Of a DNA stretch of 64,000 bases, positions 49,381 to 62,356 are shown piece by piece. The notes under the pieces are model-generated. The model had not been told where the DNA came from and ran no database searches. It worked only from the letters and a program-made list of their open reading frames with translations. The position numbers were made by a program, and so were the translations under genes. The DNA is from Squalus acanthias (lineage: Eukaryota): assembly GCA_030390025.1 (NCBI GenBank), contig CM059432.1:105340001-105404000 (forward strand). The letters are read 5' to 3'. Within the stretch, counting starts at the first letter, position 1, and each line of letters begins with the position of its first letter.

Positions 49381-51880
49381 GGGCTCGATTTTGCCAGGCC
49401 CGAGGAGGCGGGATTGGAGGCGTGTGAGGTGTTAAAATCACGAAAAATGGTGGGCAGGCCCGAACCTGCCTCCATCCAGCCTCCGAGCAATTTTCCCAAA
49501 TGCGAGTTTTCTGACCCCGTCTCCATCCTGCCTCCAAAAGGCGGGATAGGCCCTTAAGTCCCTTAACAACCAGTTAAGTGCCTCTATAATCCCATTTTGA
49601 GAGGCCTTTCTGATGTTACCACTTTTCCCACGTGCTTCATGCCTCCTCTGAAACACGCCAGTGAAACCTGGCGGCAGCACAAGTGGATTGCTTACTAACA
49701 GCTGCAGCTCCACCATTAAAAAGGAGTTTTCAGCAATCATCATTTGCAGGTGGCAGAACTTTGTTGTCTCAGGTCTGGGGGAACTTTTAGCAGGCATACC
49801 CACTGTTGTGGAAGTTTGGAGCCTGACACCCATCTCCAGTGTGACCTCCTGGGAAACCTCTCTCGCCATCTTGAATGAGCGCTTCCTCAACTGAGGCATA
49901 TACCAGAAGCATGGGAACCATTTATTTCCTTTCCTCCTGGACATCAGATTCGGACGAAGACCAGCCGTGGCAGCAACAGATCCATGAACAACAGCACCAC
50001 CAACAGCAGCAGCAACAACAGGAGCGCCAAGCTGCTGCTCACCCATCTGAAGCTGCACAGGCCAGAAGGCACCAGCGCACGACCACATTGCTGCCCGGGA
50101 TGCAAGGGACGCACTCCTCTTGCCCAGATTTGCTTAGCCTGCACAATCAAACACTTTTGCCTCGCACCTTCTTATCAGACCATCGACAATGGCCAAGAAC
50201 CTGCGGATTCCTATCACTCTGACCACCATACTGACAATTGCAAGTCATCCTAAGCCCTCAGTGTGGAAGTCCCATTAGTGATATGACAGACGCCACAACT
50301 GCAACAGTTGCCATCAGAATTTTTTATTTACAATAACCAACTGATGGCTTTTCAACATTAAACATGACATTTCACCCAAGTGACTACCCTTGTGACTACT
50401 TGTGCATTATCTTCCTCTTACGCGTGCTCCTACGTGGTGCTTCCCCTATGGCTTCAGCAGATGTGGAGGCCCCGTGCTCACTTTCTTGCTGCTCCTGTCT
50501 CGACACCTTTGGCGTGTGTCCTCTGGGGTTGCAAGCCTGTGAGGGCTCGGCACCAGTCTGCTGCTCCTGCGGCTGTGCAGGGGTTGAGACGCCGATCTCA
50601 GTTGGGTGGGGACTCTGGTGGGGCTCTGACCGAGGACTTTGCAGTGGCATGGTCGTGTGAGCGCTTGGAGAGGAGCCCCCCCACTTCCTTGTTGTCTGCC
50701 ACCAACATCCCTCTCATGGATCAGCCCCACTTCAGAGCCAGCAAGTGGCTTCACAGCACCTTGCTGCACTTCAGGGGGGCCATGAGGACCTGTTTCTGTA
50801 CTGGAAGTCCTACTCCCAAGGACTTGCCTGAAGGTCTGGTTTATTTGCTCAATAGCTGACCATCGCTCCTCAAGAGATGTCAGTCTATTCTGAACAATGA
50901 CCATGTTTTCCATACCCTGGCGACTAAGCTCCTCCATGAACGTAGCCATCCTCTCCTCTACCATAGCCATCCTCTCCTCTACGGTAGCCAGCCTTACCAT
51001 GGAGGTAGGCATGCTTTCCACGGAGCTTGCCATCCTTTCTGTGGTGATGCGTTCATGCGCCAACGCCTCCACAAAGGCTCTGCTCATGTTAGCGATGGAC
51101 TCCTCCATTCGCTCCACACTCACAGCGACCCTGGAGACAAAACCTGCAAGAGACTCCTGCACCTGTTCCTGGAGTTCCAGCACCGCTCTTCTTCTGGATG
51201 GACCCGTAGGCAGAGGGTCGACATGCAGCTGAGCCGAGCTGGCAGAGTCCTGTGCCCTCAGAGGTTGCAGCTTCCTTTGAGGTGTCTGGAGACTCAGACT
51301 GTTCCTCCTGGATAGTGGGGATGGGGGCTTTCGATGGTCCTGTGGGGGAGTAAAGGAAAGAGTCAGAGATGTGAGGCCAAGGTTACATGCACATTGAATA
51401 TTGCAGATGATCATAAGTCAATCTGTTAGAACATCAGAATCATTATCAGTGACTCATGCAATGTCAATGAGAGAGATGAAAAACTATTCTGTCACCAGCT
51501 TGCTCTGATGCACCCGTCTGTCCGTCCCCCACTTGCGCATCGTCCTCCACTCCCACGATCTTCAGGGCCGTCTCCTCCCAGGGGGTGAGCTGGGCTACTG
51601 AGGGTGGCCCTCCTCCTGTCCTCGCTCTTTCCCTCTTATTGTGGGCTCTCTTTTCCAGCAATGAGGGAGACAAGTGGAGTTTGAGTAAGAATGACGGAGT
51701 GAGTGTAGAGAATCCATAGCATAGATGCCTAGAAGGAGACAAAGATTCAGTGAGGTGGCAAGACCAAGGGCCCTCCCTGTGTGTTATAAGTTGTTTTCAT
51801 AGCATCACAGCGATAGGGAGTGTGAGGGCTGCATAGTCGAATAGTTAAGTGAATGTGAAAGAAAGTAGTAGACAGGAATG
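49381..51880. mobile_element. Deleted Harbinger element with left TIR and exons 2-3 of the Myb partner gene
   Basis: TAA|GGGCTCGATTTT left end; 50250-51860 is colinear with 44700-46400; no right TIR. Confidence 0.78.
50396..51655 (-). pseudogene. Second copy of the Harbinger Myb-partner gene (exon 2 51655-51496, exon 3 51339-50396)
   Basis: EKRAHNKRERARTGGG; long heptad region; C-terminal PRRSTRKRK; exon 2 acceptor mutated (TG), exon 1 absent. Confidence 0.75.
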
Positions 51881-52164
51881 GAAAGAACAGGGACGCCTTG
51901 TTACCGTACATAATGTTTGCAATTTGAAAAGTTCCCCAGGCCTCCACAGGGTTTTCACTTTTCAAGCTTCTCTATGGGAGACAACCCCGTGAGTTTCTCG
52001 ATATTATTAGAGAGGAATGAGAGGAACAGAATAGCCTTTCGCACGATGTGGTGGAACACATCCTGAAAATGAGGGAGAGGGTGGAGTCAGTCACTCGTAT
52101 AGTAAGGGAACACCTGGAAAAGGCCCAGGAAAAGCAACGGGTCTACTACAATTGGGAGAGCTGT

Positions 52165-52812
52165 CCCACAGACAGTCAAGCAACAGCCTGACATAGTCAT
52201 ATTCACAGAATCATACCTTTCAGCCAATGTCCCAAACTCCTCCATCACCATCCCTGGGTATGTCCTGTCCCACTGGCAGGACAGACCCACCAGAGGTGGT
52301 GCACAGTGGTATACAGTCAGGAAGGAGTGGCCCTGGGAGTCCTCAACATTGACGCCGGACTCCATGAAGTCTCATGGCTTCAGGTCAAGCATGGGCAAGC
52401 AAACCTCCTGCTGATTACCACCTACTGCCCTCCCTCAGCTGATGAATCAGTACTCCTCCATGTTGGACACCACTTGGAAGAAGCACTGAGAGTAGCAAGT
52501 GCTCAAAATGCACTCTGGGTGGGGGACTTTAATGTCCATTACCAAGAGTGGCTCGGTAGCACCACTACTGACCGAGCTGGCCGAGTCCTGAAGGACATAG
52601 CTGCCAGTCTGGGCCTGCGATAGGTGATGGGAGAACCAACACGAGGTAAAAATCTACTTGACCTCGTCCTCACCAATCTACCTGTCGCAGATGGATCTGT
52701 CCATGACAGTATTGGTAGCAGTGACCACTGCACAGTTATTGTGGAAACTAGCACAGTGGTAGTGCCACACAACACGATGGAGGGTGTCCTCAGTTTGAAG
52801 ATGGAGCTTCAT
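52165..52812 (+). mobile_element. CR1/L2-group LINE (probably family B) endonuclease fragment; last about 60 bp inverted
   Basis: PDIVIFTES, VGDFNVH, LLDLVLTN, GSSDH. Confidence 0.8.
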
Positions 52813-53118
52813 CACCACCATCCTGAGTGGCGACCCTGCCCTTGCGGCTTCCCTCCTTCCCACCCCCTCTCTCTCTCTCTTTGTCTCTTGTCTCTCTCTG
52901 CCTCTCTCTCTAAGAGGCACCTCAATCTATTTTAATTAAGTACCTATTGAGCAGAGGGGAGAAGGCCCCTCTCCCAATTAATTCATATAAAAGGAGAGGT
53001 GTGCCTTCAATTTAAGAGCTCCCTCTGCTCAGGGGAAAACAGAAACAAAAAACCGAGGCCATTAACACCTTCAGGCCTGTGACTTGGGGTGAGTGTAGCC
53101 CTTAAAGACCAACCCATC

Positions 53119-55274
53119 ATGGCGACCACATCTTCGCCGGTGGCGGGGGCAGCGAGGACATACGCAAGCGTGGCAGCCGCGGCCACGGCCGCAGCCACGA
53201 GTCCTCCTGTTACCCCGTCACCTTTTACCCTCCTTACGAGGAAGAATGGGGTCAAGAGCTACACTCACCCCAATATGACAATAGAGGCGTGCGTAAAAGC
53301 CATGGCTGGGGTTGTCGGCCCTTCAGCCATCGTCGCCGCCTCTAAAATGTACGGCAAGGCTGTGTTCTTCCTGGGGTCGGAGCGGGCGGTGTCCCTGGCC
53401 ATCGAGAAGGGGCTCACCGTGGGCGGGACCTTCCTGCCGGTGGACCCCCTTGAGGCCACCGCGCAAAGGATTGTGGTTTCCAACGTCCCGCCCTTTGTTC
53501 CGGGTGAGCTCCTCCTCCCCCACCTACGTCAACTGGGGGAGGTGAGGTCGGGGATCACACCCATCCCGCTCGGCTTCCGGGAAGCCAGCCTTCGGCACGT
53601 CTTCTCCTTCCGGCGCCAGCTTTTCGTCCGGCTGGCGCGGGAGGAGGACGCGGATGGCGCGTTCACGGTGCTCCACGGGGGGACCGCCCACCGCGTCTTC
53701 TGGACCTCGGACGGCGTGCGGTGCTACGCCTGTAAGGAGGTGGGGCACGTCCGCAAAAACTGCCCCGCCTCCAAGGCCGCCACGACACCTGGCGCGGCCA
53801 GGGTTGGCGCCGCCGCCCCCCTTCCCCCTGATACTGTCCGTGCGTCGACGGCGACGGATGCGCGGTCGAAATCGGAGGCGAACACCACCACGGCCTCCGG
53901 CGGGGGGGAGGGAGAGCGTCCGGGGGGAAGGAAGGCGCGTAGGAAAAATAAACACCTAAGGGCGGATCCCCTCGTGGAGGAAACATCCGAGTTGACCGAA
54001 CTCACGCCCGAGTACATCGCGGAGTTGATCGGGACGCATGAGACTGGGGGGGTCCTCGTGCCCGGGCCCGTGACCGTGACCGCAACTGCTGAGGCAGCTA
54101 AATCAAGACCTGCGGCCGGGCTCGGGCCCGAGGGGCCCAAGAAACCCAGTCGTCGGAAGGGGGCAGAGAGGAAGGCCCCAGCAGACATGGAGGCCTCCCC
54201 CTCTCCGGGCCCAGATATGTTAAAAAGAAAGCTAGACCCCCAGAAGGAGGACTGCGAGGAGGAAGGTCCCTCCGCAGAAGGGGGGGAGTCGCCCGCCGCG
54301 GGTGCTGCGCCCCACCCCACCACCGTCATCGTCGCGCGCGAGCGGCAGGGGTCGCCTGTCCCTCGGGAGGGTGAGACAGCCGAGTCTGTCCGACCTGTGC
54401 CTCCCGGGGATGGGGAAGAGACCCTGCCCGTGGGGGGGGGGCGCGGAACAACCCGCGGAAGAAAATGTAGTTCCTGAACCGTTGCTCCTCGCCGGGTCGG
54501 GCGTCCTGGGGACTGGGGCGGGCGAGGCCAAAGAGGCTGAAGCCGAGCCCGCCTTTTACAACCCAGATATCTCCCAGGGACTGCTCGACCTGGTGGAGGA
54601 CTTTAACAATCCCCAGCCCGCTGGGTCGGAGGTTGGTGGCGGGGAGACAGAAAGCCCCCTGACTCCGTCTCTGATGTTGGCGCCGGACGTACTGGAGGAA
54701 TTTGAGATTATTTTCTCCCCGGTTTCTCCGGTCGCTCCGGCGCCTGAGGCGGGGGGGGGGGCCCGAACCGCCGCCGCCTCCCGGCCCGGCGCCCCTGAAG
54801 GAGCCCAGGGTGGACTCCTCTGCCACTGATCCTGGGGGTGGGATCGTGACGGAGGCGGGGCCGGCCGGTGCGGCCGAGCCGTTCGCTGCACCCCGTGTGA
54901 CGGACGGGTTGGCCGCCGGTGACGACCTCCCGGAGGAGGACGGGGACTCGGTGTTGGGCACCGAGGACGACTTGGAGTCCATCAGCAGCGAGGCGATGGA
55001 CGCCCTCGTGCCCTTCACCGACTCTCCCCTCATCCCCGTAGGGGAACTTCGGGATTTTATGGCCATGAGCCAGGGTCGTCACAAGAAGATCCGGCTGGCC
55101 CTCGACAAGTGGTCGGAGCTGGCGCTGCTCGTCGTGTCCGTCCGCGCCGCCGTTAAAATCATGGGCGCGGACAAGGACGTTGGCCGGCTCGAGCTGCGTC
55201 GGCTCAAGAGTTTCCACACTGGGCTGCTGAGGGAGTGGCGGTCGTCAGTGACCGCGCTCCCTCCCCTCCGTTAG
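53119..55274 (+). CDS. Tx1 ORF1 (gag-like, CCHC zinc knuckle, low-complexity C-terminal half), two frameshifts in poly-G runs
   Basis: IVAASKMYGKAVFFL, VVSNVPPF, FRRQ, CYACKEVGHVRKNC; overlapping ORFs 53089-54477, 54302-54829 and 54702-55274 switch near G-runs at about 54432 and 54751. Confidence 0.8.
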
Positions 55275-55299
55275 GTAGAGGTTGCACTATGCTTCTGAG

Positions 55300-58200
55300 A
55301 TGAAGATAACCATAGCCAGCCTCAACATCAACGGCAGCAGGGAGGCGCGCCGTAGATTCAATAACTTCTCGGTCCTTCGGGACGGGAAATATGCGGTGTG
55401 CTTCCTGCAAGAAACCCACACCGTTCCGGGAGACGAGGCCACGTGGCTCCTGGAGTGGCAAGGAGGGGTCAGCATGAGTCACCTCTCTAACAATTCCTGC
55501 GGGGTGGCTGTCTTGCTGGCCCCGCATTTTCAGCCGGAGATCTTGAGGGTCAAGGAGCATGTGCCGGGCCGCTTGCTCCAGGTCACTGTTCGCCTGGGAG
55601 GCGTGCCGCTCCATTTAGTGAACGTGTACGCCCCCCGGACCGGTGCGCAGCAAGTGCGCTTCTTCGGAGAAGTGTCCGCTCTTCTGGGCTCCATCGACGT
55701 GGGCGAGTGCGTCATCCTCGGGGGGGATTTCAATTGTACCCTCGAGGCGCGGGACCGGTCGGGTCCCCCGCGAAGCCCGGCGGCGATGGAGAAGTTGCGG
55801 GACCTGGTCGGGTCCTTCGACTTGGTGGACGTCTGGCGAAATCTCCATCCCGACTCCAGTGCCTTCACGAGCGTGAGGTCTGGAGGAGGAAGGTCCAGAA
55901 TCGACCACCTTTACATTTCCCGGGCGTACGTCTCCTGCGTTCCGGCGGCTTCCATGCGGCCGGTGCCGTGCACGGACCACCACCTGGTGTGGGCGGAGCT
56001 CGCTCCGCTGCGCGCGCGGGGGGGGTCCGCGTACTGGCATTTTAACAACCTGCTGCTGGAGGACGCGCGGTTCCGGGATTCGTTTCGCCGGTTCTGGGCC
56101 GACTGGAGAAGGAAGCGGGGAGGCTTCCCCTCCTTGAGGCTATGGTGGGACGTGGGCAAGGCTCACGTCCGCGTCTTCTGTCAGGAGTACGCGAAGGGGT
56201 CGACCAAGAGGCGGGAGGCCCGGGTCGGGCGATTGGAGAAAGAAGTGCTCGACCTGGAGTCCCGTCTCGGTCAAGTCGTCGAGGACCCGGCCCTGCGGAA
56301 GGTGTACGAAGAGAAGAAGGGCGCGCTGAAGGACCTGCAGCTGGTCGGGTCCCGAGGCGCGTACGTGAGGTCGCGGATCCAGTTCCTGCGGGACCTGGAC
56401 CGCGGCTCCCCCTTCTTCTACTCGCTGGAAAAAAGACGGGGGGTCCGTAAGCAGCTCTTGGGGCTGCTGGCCGACGACGGATCTCTGGTCTCGGATCCGG
56501 AGGGCATCAGCGCGGAGGCCCGGGCCTATTACGGGGCTCTGTTCTCTTCGGATCCGTCCAGCGAGGATGCGCGCAGAGTTTTGTGGGAGAACCTGCCGAA
56601 GGTCGGCCCGGAGGGCGCCGAGAATTTAGAAGCTCCGCTAAGCCTGGCGGAGCTGACCGGCGCCCTGCGCCAGCTCTCGAGGGGCAAGTCCCCGGGGCTG
56701 GACGGGCTGACCGTGGAGTTCCACAGGGCGTTCTGGGACGTCTTGGGGGACGACTACGCGCGGGTCCTGGGGGAAAGTCTGGCGACCGGGGAGATGCCCC
56801 TCTCTTGGCGCAGGGCGGTCATCGTCCTGCTGCCCAAGAAGGGCGATCTCCGCCTACTTAAGAACTGGCGCCCGGTCTCCCTCCTCAGCACGGACTACAA
56901 AATTTTCGCCAGGGCTATGTCTGCTCGCCTTGGCACCGTGCTGGCCCGCATGATCCACCCCGACCAGTCCTACACGGTCCCGGGCCGGAGTATCCACGAT
57001 AACATCCATCTGGTCCGGGACCTGGTCCACCATTCCCAGAGGGCTGATCTGTCGGTCGCCTTCCTTTCCCTGGATCAGGAGAAGGCTTTCGACAGGGTGG
57101 ATCACGAGTATCTTTTCGGGACTCTGCGCGCATTCGGGTTCGGGACGCATTTCGTCGCCCGGATCCGACTTCTGTACGCCGCCGCGGAGTGTCTCATTAA
57201 AGTTAACGGGTCTTTGACGGCGCCCCTTCGCTTCGGGAGGGGTGTGCGTCAGGGATGCCCCATGTCCGGTCAGTTATACGCCGTTTGCGTGGAGCCTTTC
57301 CTGCGCCTCTTGCGGAAGAGGTTGACGGGACTGGCTCTGCAAGGGCCGGGCGTGGAGGTGGTCCTCTCGGCTTACGCCGATGACGTGCTCCTCGCGGTCA
57401 CGGATCCCGTCGACTTGCGGAGGATGCGAGAATGCCAGCAGATTTACTCGGACGCATCCTCCGCCAAGATCAACTGGGAGAAATGTTCTGGACTCCTGGT
57501 GGGCCCATGGCGGGTGGACTCCCTGCCGGAGGAGTTCGGGTCTTTCGCCTGGAGCACCACGCACCTCCTCTACCTGGGAGTCTACCTCAGCCCGGCCGAG
57601 GACGCCTGGCCGGCGAACTGGCAAGAGCTGGAGGCCAAAGTCACCGCTCACCTAGGGCGCTGGACAGGACTGCTCCGAGTGCTGTCCTACAGGGGTCGAG
57701 CGATGGTCATAAACCAGCTGGTGGCCGCCATGTTGTGGTACCGGTTGGTCACTTTGATCCCTCCCCCTGCGTTTGTCGCCAAGATGCAGAAGAAGCTCGT
57801 CGACTTCTTCTGGGACAAAAGGAAGCACTGGGTCTCTGCCGCGGTTTTGAGTCTCCCGCTTAGGGAGGGCGGTCAGGCGCTGGTGTGCCTTTGCACCCAG
57901 GCGGCGACTTTCCGTCTTCAGACGCTGCAGAGATACCTGTACGTGGAGAATCCTCCTAGGTGGCGTGCGCTGGCGACGTATTTCTTCCGCCAGCTGCACG
58001 GCCTCAATTACGACACACAGCTCCTGTTTGTGAGAGTGGGTGGCACGCGTGCCAGCCTGCGGGAGCTGCCTGTCTTCTACCAGGAACTGCTATGGGTTTG
58101 GAACAGCGTCGCCTCCGAGCGCAGTTCTCCCCCGTCAGGAGCGGCGGCCGTCCTTCGGGAGCCGCTGTTCAGGAATCCGCACCTCCACGACCGCGGGTTC

Positions 58201-59144
58201 GGCTGGCTGGCGGAGGGCAGGGCTGGATGGCGCCGGAGGAGTTGGCGAGGCGCATGTCCTGGGTCAACGTCCGGCTCGCGGTCAAAGCCATCGAGTCGCT
58301 AAAAGTGGCACTGGGCCCCGTCTCCACTAGGTGTGTCGAGGAGGCTCAGGCACGTGGGGCGATCCCATCCGAACTGACCCCCGTTCGGACGGAATTCCTT
58401 ATCGGCGCCCGGCCCCGAATCCTCCCTCGGGAGCCGCCGCCTCACCACTTGAGCCTTCTCGGAGAAATGCCCTCCGTGCCCTTTCAATCCGCACGGAGGC
58501 GTTTCCTGTACGGGCTGCTCCTGCACACTCTCCACTTTGCCATCTTCGTCTGCCGTCCGGACACGCCTTGGCGTACCATCCTGCCGTCCGGCGGAGGCGA
58601 AGGTCCCCATTGGAAGGCTCTCTACGCGGGAGTCTTCCCTTGTTCTATTGGGGACTTGGCCTGGAGGGTGTTGCACGGAGCAGTCCCGTGCAATAGGATT
58701 TTAAGTAGGTTTACGGACTCCCAGGCTGCTTGCCATTTCTGCGGCCTGGAGGAGTCCGTCTATCACATTTATATTGAGTGTGAGAGGTTGCAGCCCCTCT
58801 TTCATTATTTGAAGGGGCTGCTCCTCAATTTCTGGTTGCACTTCAGCCCCACGCTCCTGATCTACGGTCACCCGGTGCGGAGGGGAGCGGGTAGGTCGGA
58901 GGACCTCCTCGTAGGACTGCTCCTGGGCCTGGCCAAGAAAGCCATTAATTGGTCCAGGCAGCGGGCGGTCGAGGGGGTCGTTCGGCCCGATTGCCTGCCT
59001 CTCTTCCGCGGCCATGTTCGCGCCCGGGTGGCCCTGGAGATGGAGCACGCGGTGTCCGCCGGCACGCTTGAGTTTTTCCGCGACCAGTGGGCGCCGCGGG
59101 GGCTGGAGTGCATCGTCACCCCGGACTTCCAAATTTTGATTTGA
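55300..59144 (+). CDS. Tx1 ORF2: APE endonuclease, reverse transcriptase, C-terminal zinc motif; one frame break near 58220
   Basis: SLNING, LQETH, GGDFN, TDH; KSPGLDG, NWRPVSLL, LDQEKAFD, GVRQGCPMS, YADD; CHFCGLEESVYHIYIEC in ORF 57960-59144. Confidence 0.92.
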
Positions 59145-59245
59145 TTTATTAAGTTTCATTTAAAGTTTTAATTGATTTACAGTAAATTTTGATTTGTCCA
59201 ACCAAAAAGAGCAACACCAGGTTATAGTCCAACAGTTTTATTTTA

Positions 59246-59286
59246 AATCACAAGCTTTCGGAGTTACAACTCCTTCGTCGGGTGAA
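59246..59286 (-). ncRNA. Hammerhead-like motif, CCGANGA variant
   Basis: Reverse complement reads tcac-CCGACGA-a-ggagt(tgta)actcc-GAAA-gc-TT-gtga. Confidence 0.65.
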
Positions 59287-62200
59287 GTGAGGACTTACAG
59301 AATCGTCAAAGCATATATAGATAGAGAACAATGCATGTGTAACTTACAATTGCAGACAACTAAATTCAATCATCCTGACTGTTTATCTGCCGAGGTGTGA
59401 TAAAGTTAATCAGGTCAGCCAGGAAGGTACCACATCAAAGACATAGCAAGATACAACTGAGACAATGAGGTGGAGTCGCATGGGGTCTAACGTGTCAAAA
59501 GCTGCCGTCTGTATGTAAAACGATTAACTTTAAAATTTTTACTTTTTTACTGGGAATCACATCTGTGAACAAGCCAACGACGACTCGAGTCCGGATCACG
59601 TCATGTATCGTGACATAAACCCAAGGTCCCGGTTGAGACCGTCTTCATGAGTGCGGAACTTGGCTATCAGTTTCTGCTCGATGATTTTGCGTTGTCGTGT
59701 TTTCCTAAGGCCGCCTTGGAGAACGCTTACCCGCAGATCCGAGGCTGAATGTCCTTGACTGCTGAAGTGTTCCCCGACTGGGAGGTAACAATCCTGCCTG
59801 GCGATTGTTGCGCGGTGCTCGTTCATACGTTGTCTCAGTGTCTGCATGGTCTCGCCGATGTACCATGCCGCGGTGCATTCTTTCCTGCAACGTATGAGGT
59901 AGACAACGTTGGCCGAGTCACATGAGTATGTACCATGTACCTGGTGGGTAGTGTCCTCACGTGTGATGATGGTATCTGTGTTGATGATCTGGCATGTCTT
60001 GCAGAGTTTGCCGTGGCAGGGTTGTGTGGTGTCGTGGTCGCTGTTATCCTGAAAGCTGGGTAATTTGCTGCGAACGATGGTACTTCTGAGGTTAGGCGGC
60101 TGTTTGAAGGCAAGTAGTGCAGGCGTGGGGATGGCCTTAGCGAGGTGTTTGTCGTCATCGATGACATGTTGAAGGCTGCGAAGAACATGGCGTAGTTTCT
60201 CCGCTCCGGGGAAGTACTGGACGACGTAGTGTACCCTGTTGGTTGTGTCCCGTGTTTGCCTTCTGAGGAGGTCTATGCCCCAAGCTTGACATGTATGCTC
60301 AAGCTGTCAGGAGATGCATCAACGCCAGATTCATCAGCCGTACTCACAAGACAGTCCAGAATGTCACCCGAGCACAACGCAACGCCATCCACGCTCTCAA
60401 GACCAACCGCAACATCGTCATCAAACCAGCGGACAAAGGAGGAGCCATCGTCATACAGAACAGAATGGACTATTGTAAAGAAGCATACCAACAACTGGAC
60501 AACCAGGAACACTACAGACAGCTACCCGCAGATCCGACCAAAGAACACACCCGCCAACTCAATAGACTGATCAAGACCTTCGATCCAGACCTTCATAGCA
60601 TCCTACGCGCTCTCATCCCACGTACTCCCCGCGTGGGAGACTTCTACTGCCTCCCAAAGATACACAAAGCCAACACACCCGGACGTCCTATCGTATCAGG
60701 CAACGGAACCCTGTGTGAGAACCTCTCTGGATACGTCGAGGGCATTCTGAAACCCATCGTACAGGGAACCCCCAGCTTCTGTCGCGACACTACAGACTTC
60801 TTACAGAAACTCAGCACCCACGGACCAGTTGAACCAGGAACACTCCTCGCCACGATGGACGTATCGGCACTCTACACCAGTATCCCCCACAATGACGGCA
60901 TCGCTGCGACAGCCTCAGTACTCAACACCAACAACAGCCAATCTCCAGACGCCATCCTACAACTCATCCGCTTCATCCTTGACCACAATGTCTTCACCTT
61001 CGACAACCATTTTTTTACCCAAACACACGGAACAGCCATGGGGACCAAATTCGCACCCCAATACGCCAACATCTTCATGCACAAGTTCGAGCAAGACTTC
61101 TTCACTGCACAGGACCTCCAGCCAACGCTGTACACCAGATACATCGACGACATTTTCTTCCTTTGGACCCATGGCGAAGGATCACTGAAAAGACTACACG
61201 ATAATATAAACAAGTTCCATCCCACCATCAAACTCACCATGGACTACTCCTCAGAATCGGTTTAATTCCTGGACACACGAATCTCCATCAAAGACGGACA
61301 CCTCAGCACTTCACTCTACCGCAAGCCCACGGACAACCTCACGATGCTCACTTCTCCAGCTTCCACCCTAACCACGTTAAAGAAGCCATCCCCTATGGAC
61401 AAGCCCTGCGAATACACAGGATCTGCTCAGACGAGGAGGAACGCGATGGACACCTACGGACGCTGAAAAACACCCTCGTAAGAACGGGATATGACGCTCG
61501 ACTCATCGATCGACAGCTCCGACAGGCCACAGCGAAAAATCGCATAGACCTCCTCAGAAGGCAAACACGGGACACAACCAACAGGGTACCCTACGTCGTC
61601 CAGTACTTCCCCGGAGCGGAGAAACTACGCCATGTTCTTCGCAGCCTTCAACATGTCATCGATGACGACAAACACCTCGCTAAGGCCATCCCCATGCCTC
61701 CACTACTTGCCTTCAAACAGCCGCCTAACCTCAGAAGTACCATCGTTCGCAGCAAATTACCCAGCTTTCAGGATAACAGCGACCACGACACCACACAACC
61801 CTGCCACGGCAAACTCTGCAAGACATGCCAGATCATCAACACAGATACCATCATCACACGTGAGGACACTACCCACCAGGTACATGGTACATACTCATGT
61901 GACTCGGCCAACGTTGTCTACCTCATACGTTGCAGGAAAGAATGCACCGCGGCATGGTACATCGGCGAGACCATGCAGACACTGAGACAACGTATGAACG
62001 AGCACCGCGCAACAATCGCCAGGCAGGATTGTTACCTCCCAGTCGGGGAACACTTCAGCAGTCAAGGACATTCAGTTAATCGTTTTACATACAGACGGCA
62101 GCTTTTGACACGTTAGACCCCATGCGACTCCACCTCATTGTCTCAGTTGTATCTTGCTATGTCTTTGATGTGGTACCTTCCTGGCTGACCTGATTAACTT

Positions 62201-62316
62201 TATCACACCTCGGCAGATAAACAGTCAGGATGATTGAATTTAGTTGTCTGCAATTGTAAGTTACACATGCATTGTTCTCTATCTATATATGCTTTGACGA
62301 TTCTGTAAGTCCTCAC

Positions 62317-62356
62317 TTCACCCGATGAAGGAGTTGTAACTCCGAAAGCTTGTGAT
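62317..62356 (+). ncRNA. Hammerhead-like motif, CCGANGA variant
   Basis: tcac-CCGATGA-a-ggagt(tgta)actcc-GAAA-gc-TT-gtga; palindromic stem III AGCT. Confidence 0.65.

Larger units (their letters stand above)
48220..52155 (+). mobile_element. Gypsy LTR-retrotransposon internal remnant (protease-like, then integrase), split by a Harbinger insertion at 49381 to about 51880
   Basis: VILGRDF at about 48375; H2C2 AHNHLFGRH...CNSCPEC; PFERIAMDLLGPL...VIVDYAT; resumes at about 51885 with LLPYIMFAI*KVPQASTGFS..LLYGR. Confidence 0.82.
52900..59211 (+). mobile_element. Near full-length Tx1-clade (L1 group) LINE, CpG-rich and young
   Basis: Two-ORF layout described below; short T-rich 3' UTR; 5' boundary uncertain (52825-52910); no TSD found. 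Confidence 0.9.

Noticed and set aside
53100..59150. CpG island, host promoter, or bacterial contamination; many overlapping antisense ORFs
   Set aside because: Fully explained by a GC-rich Tx1 retrotransposon; shadow ORFs arise from low stop-codon frequency
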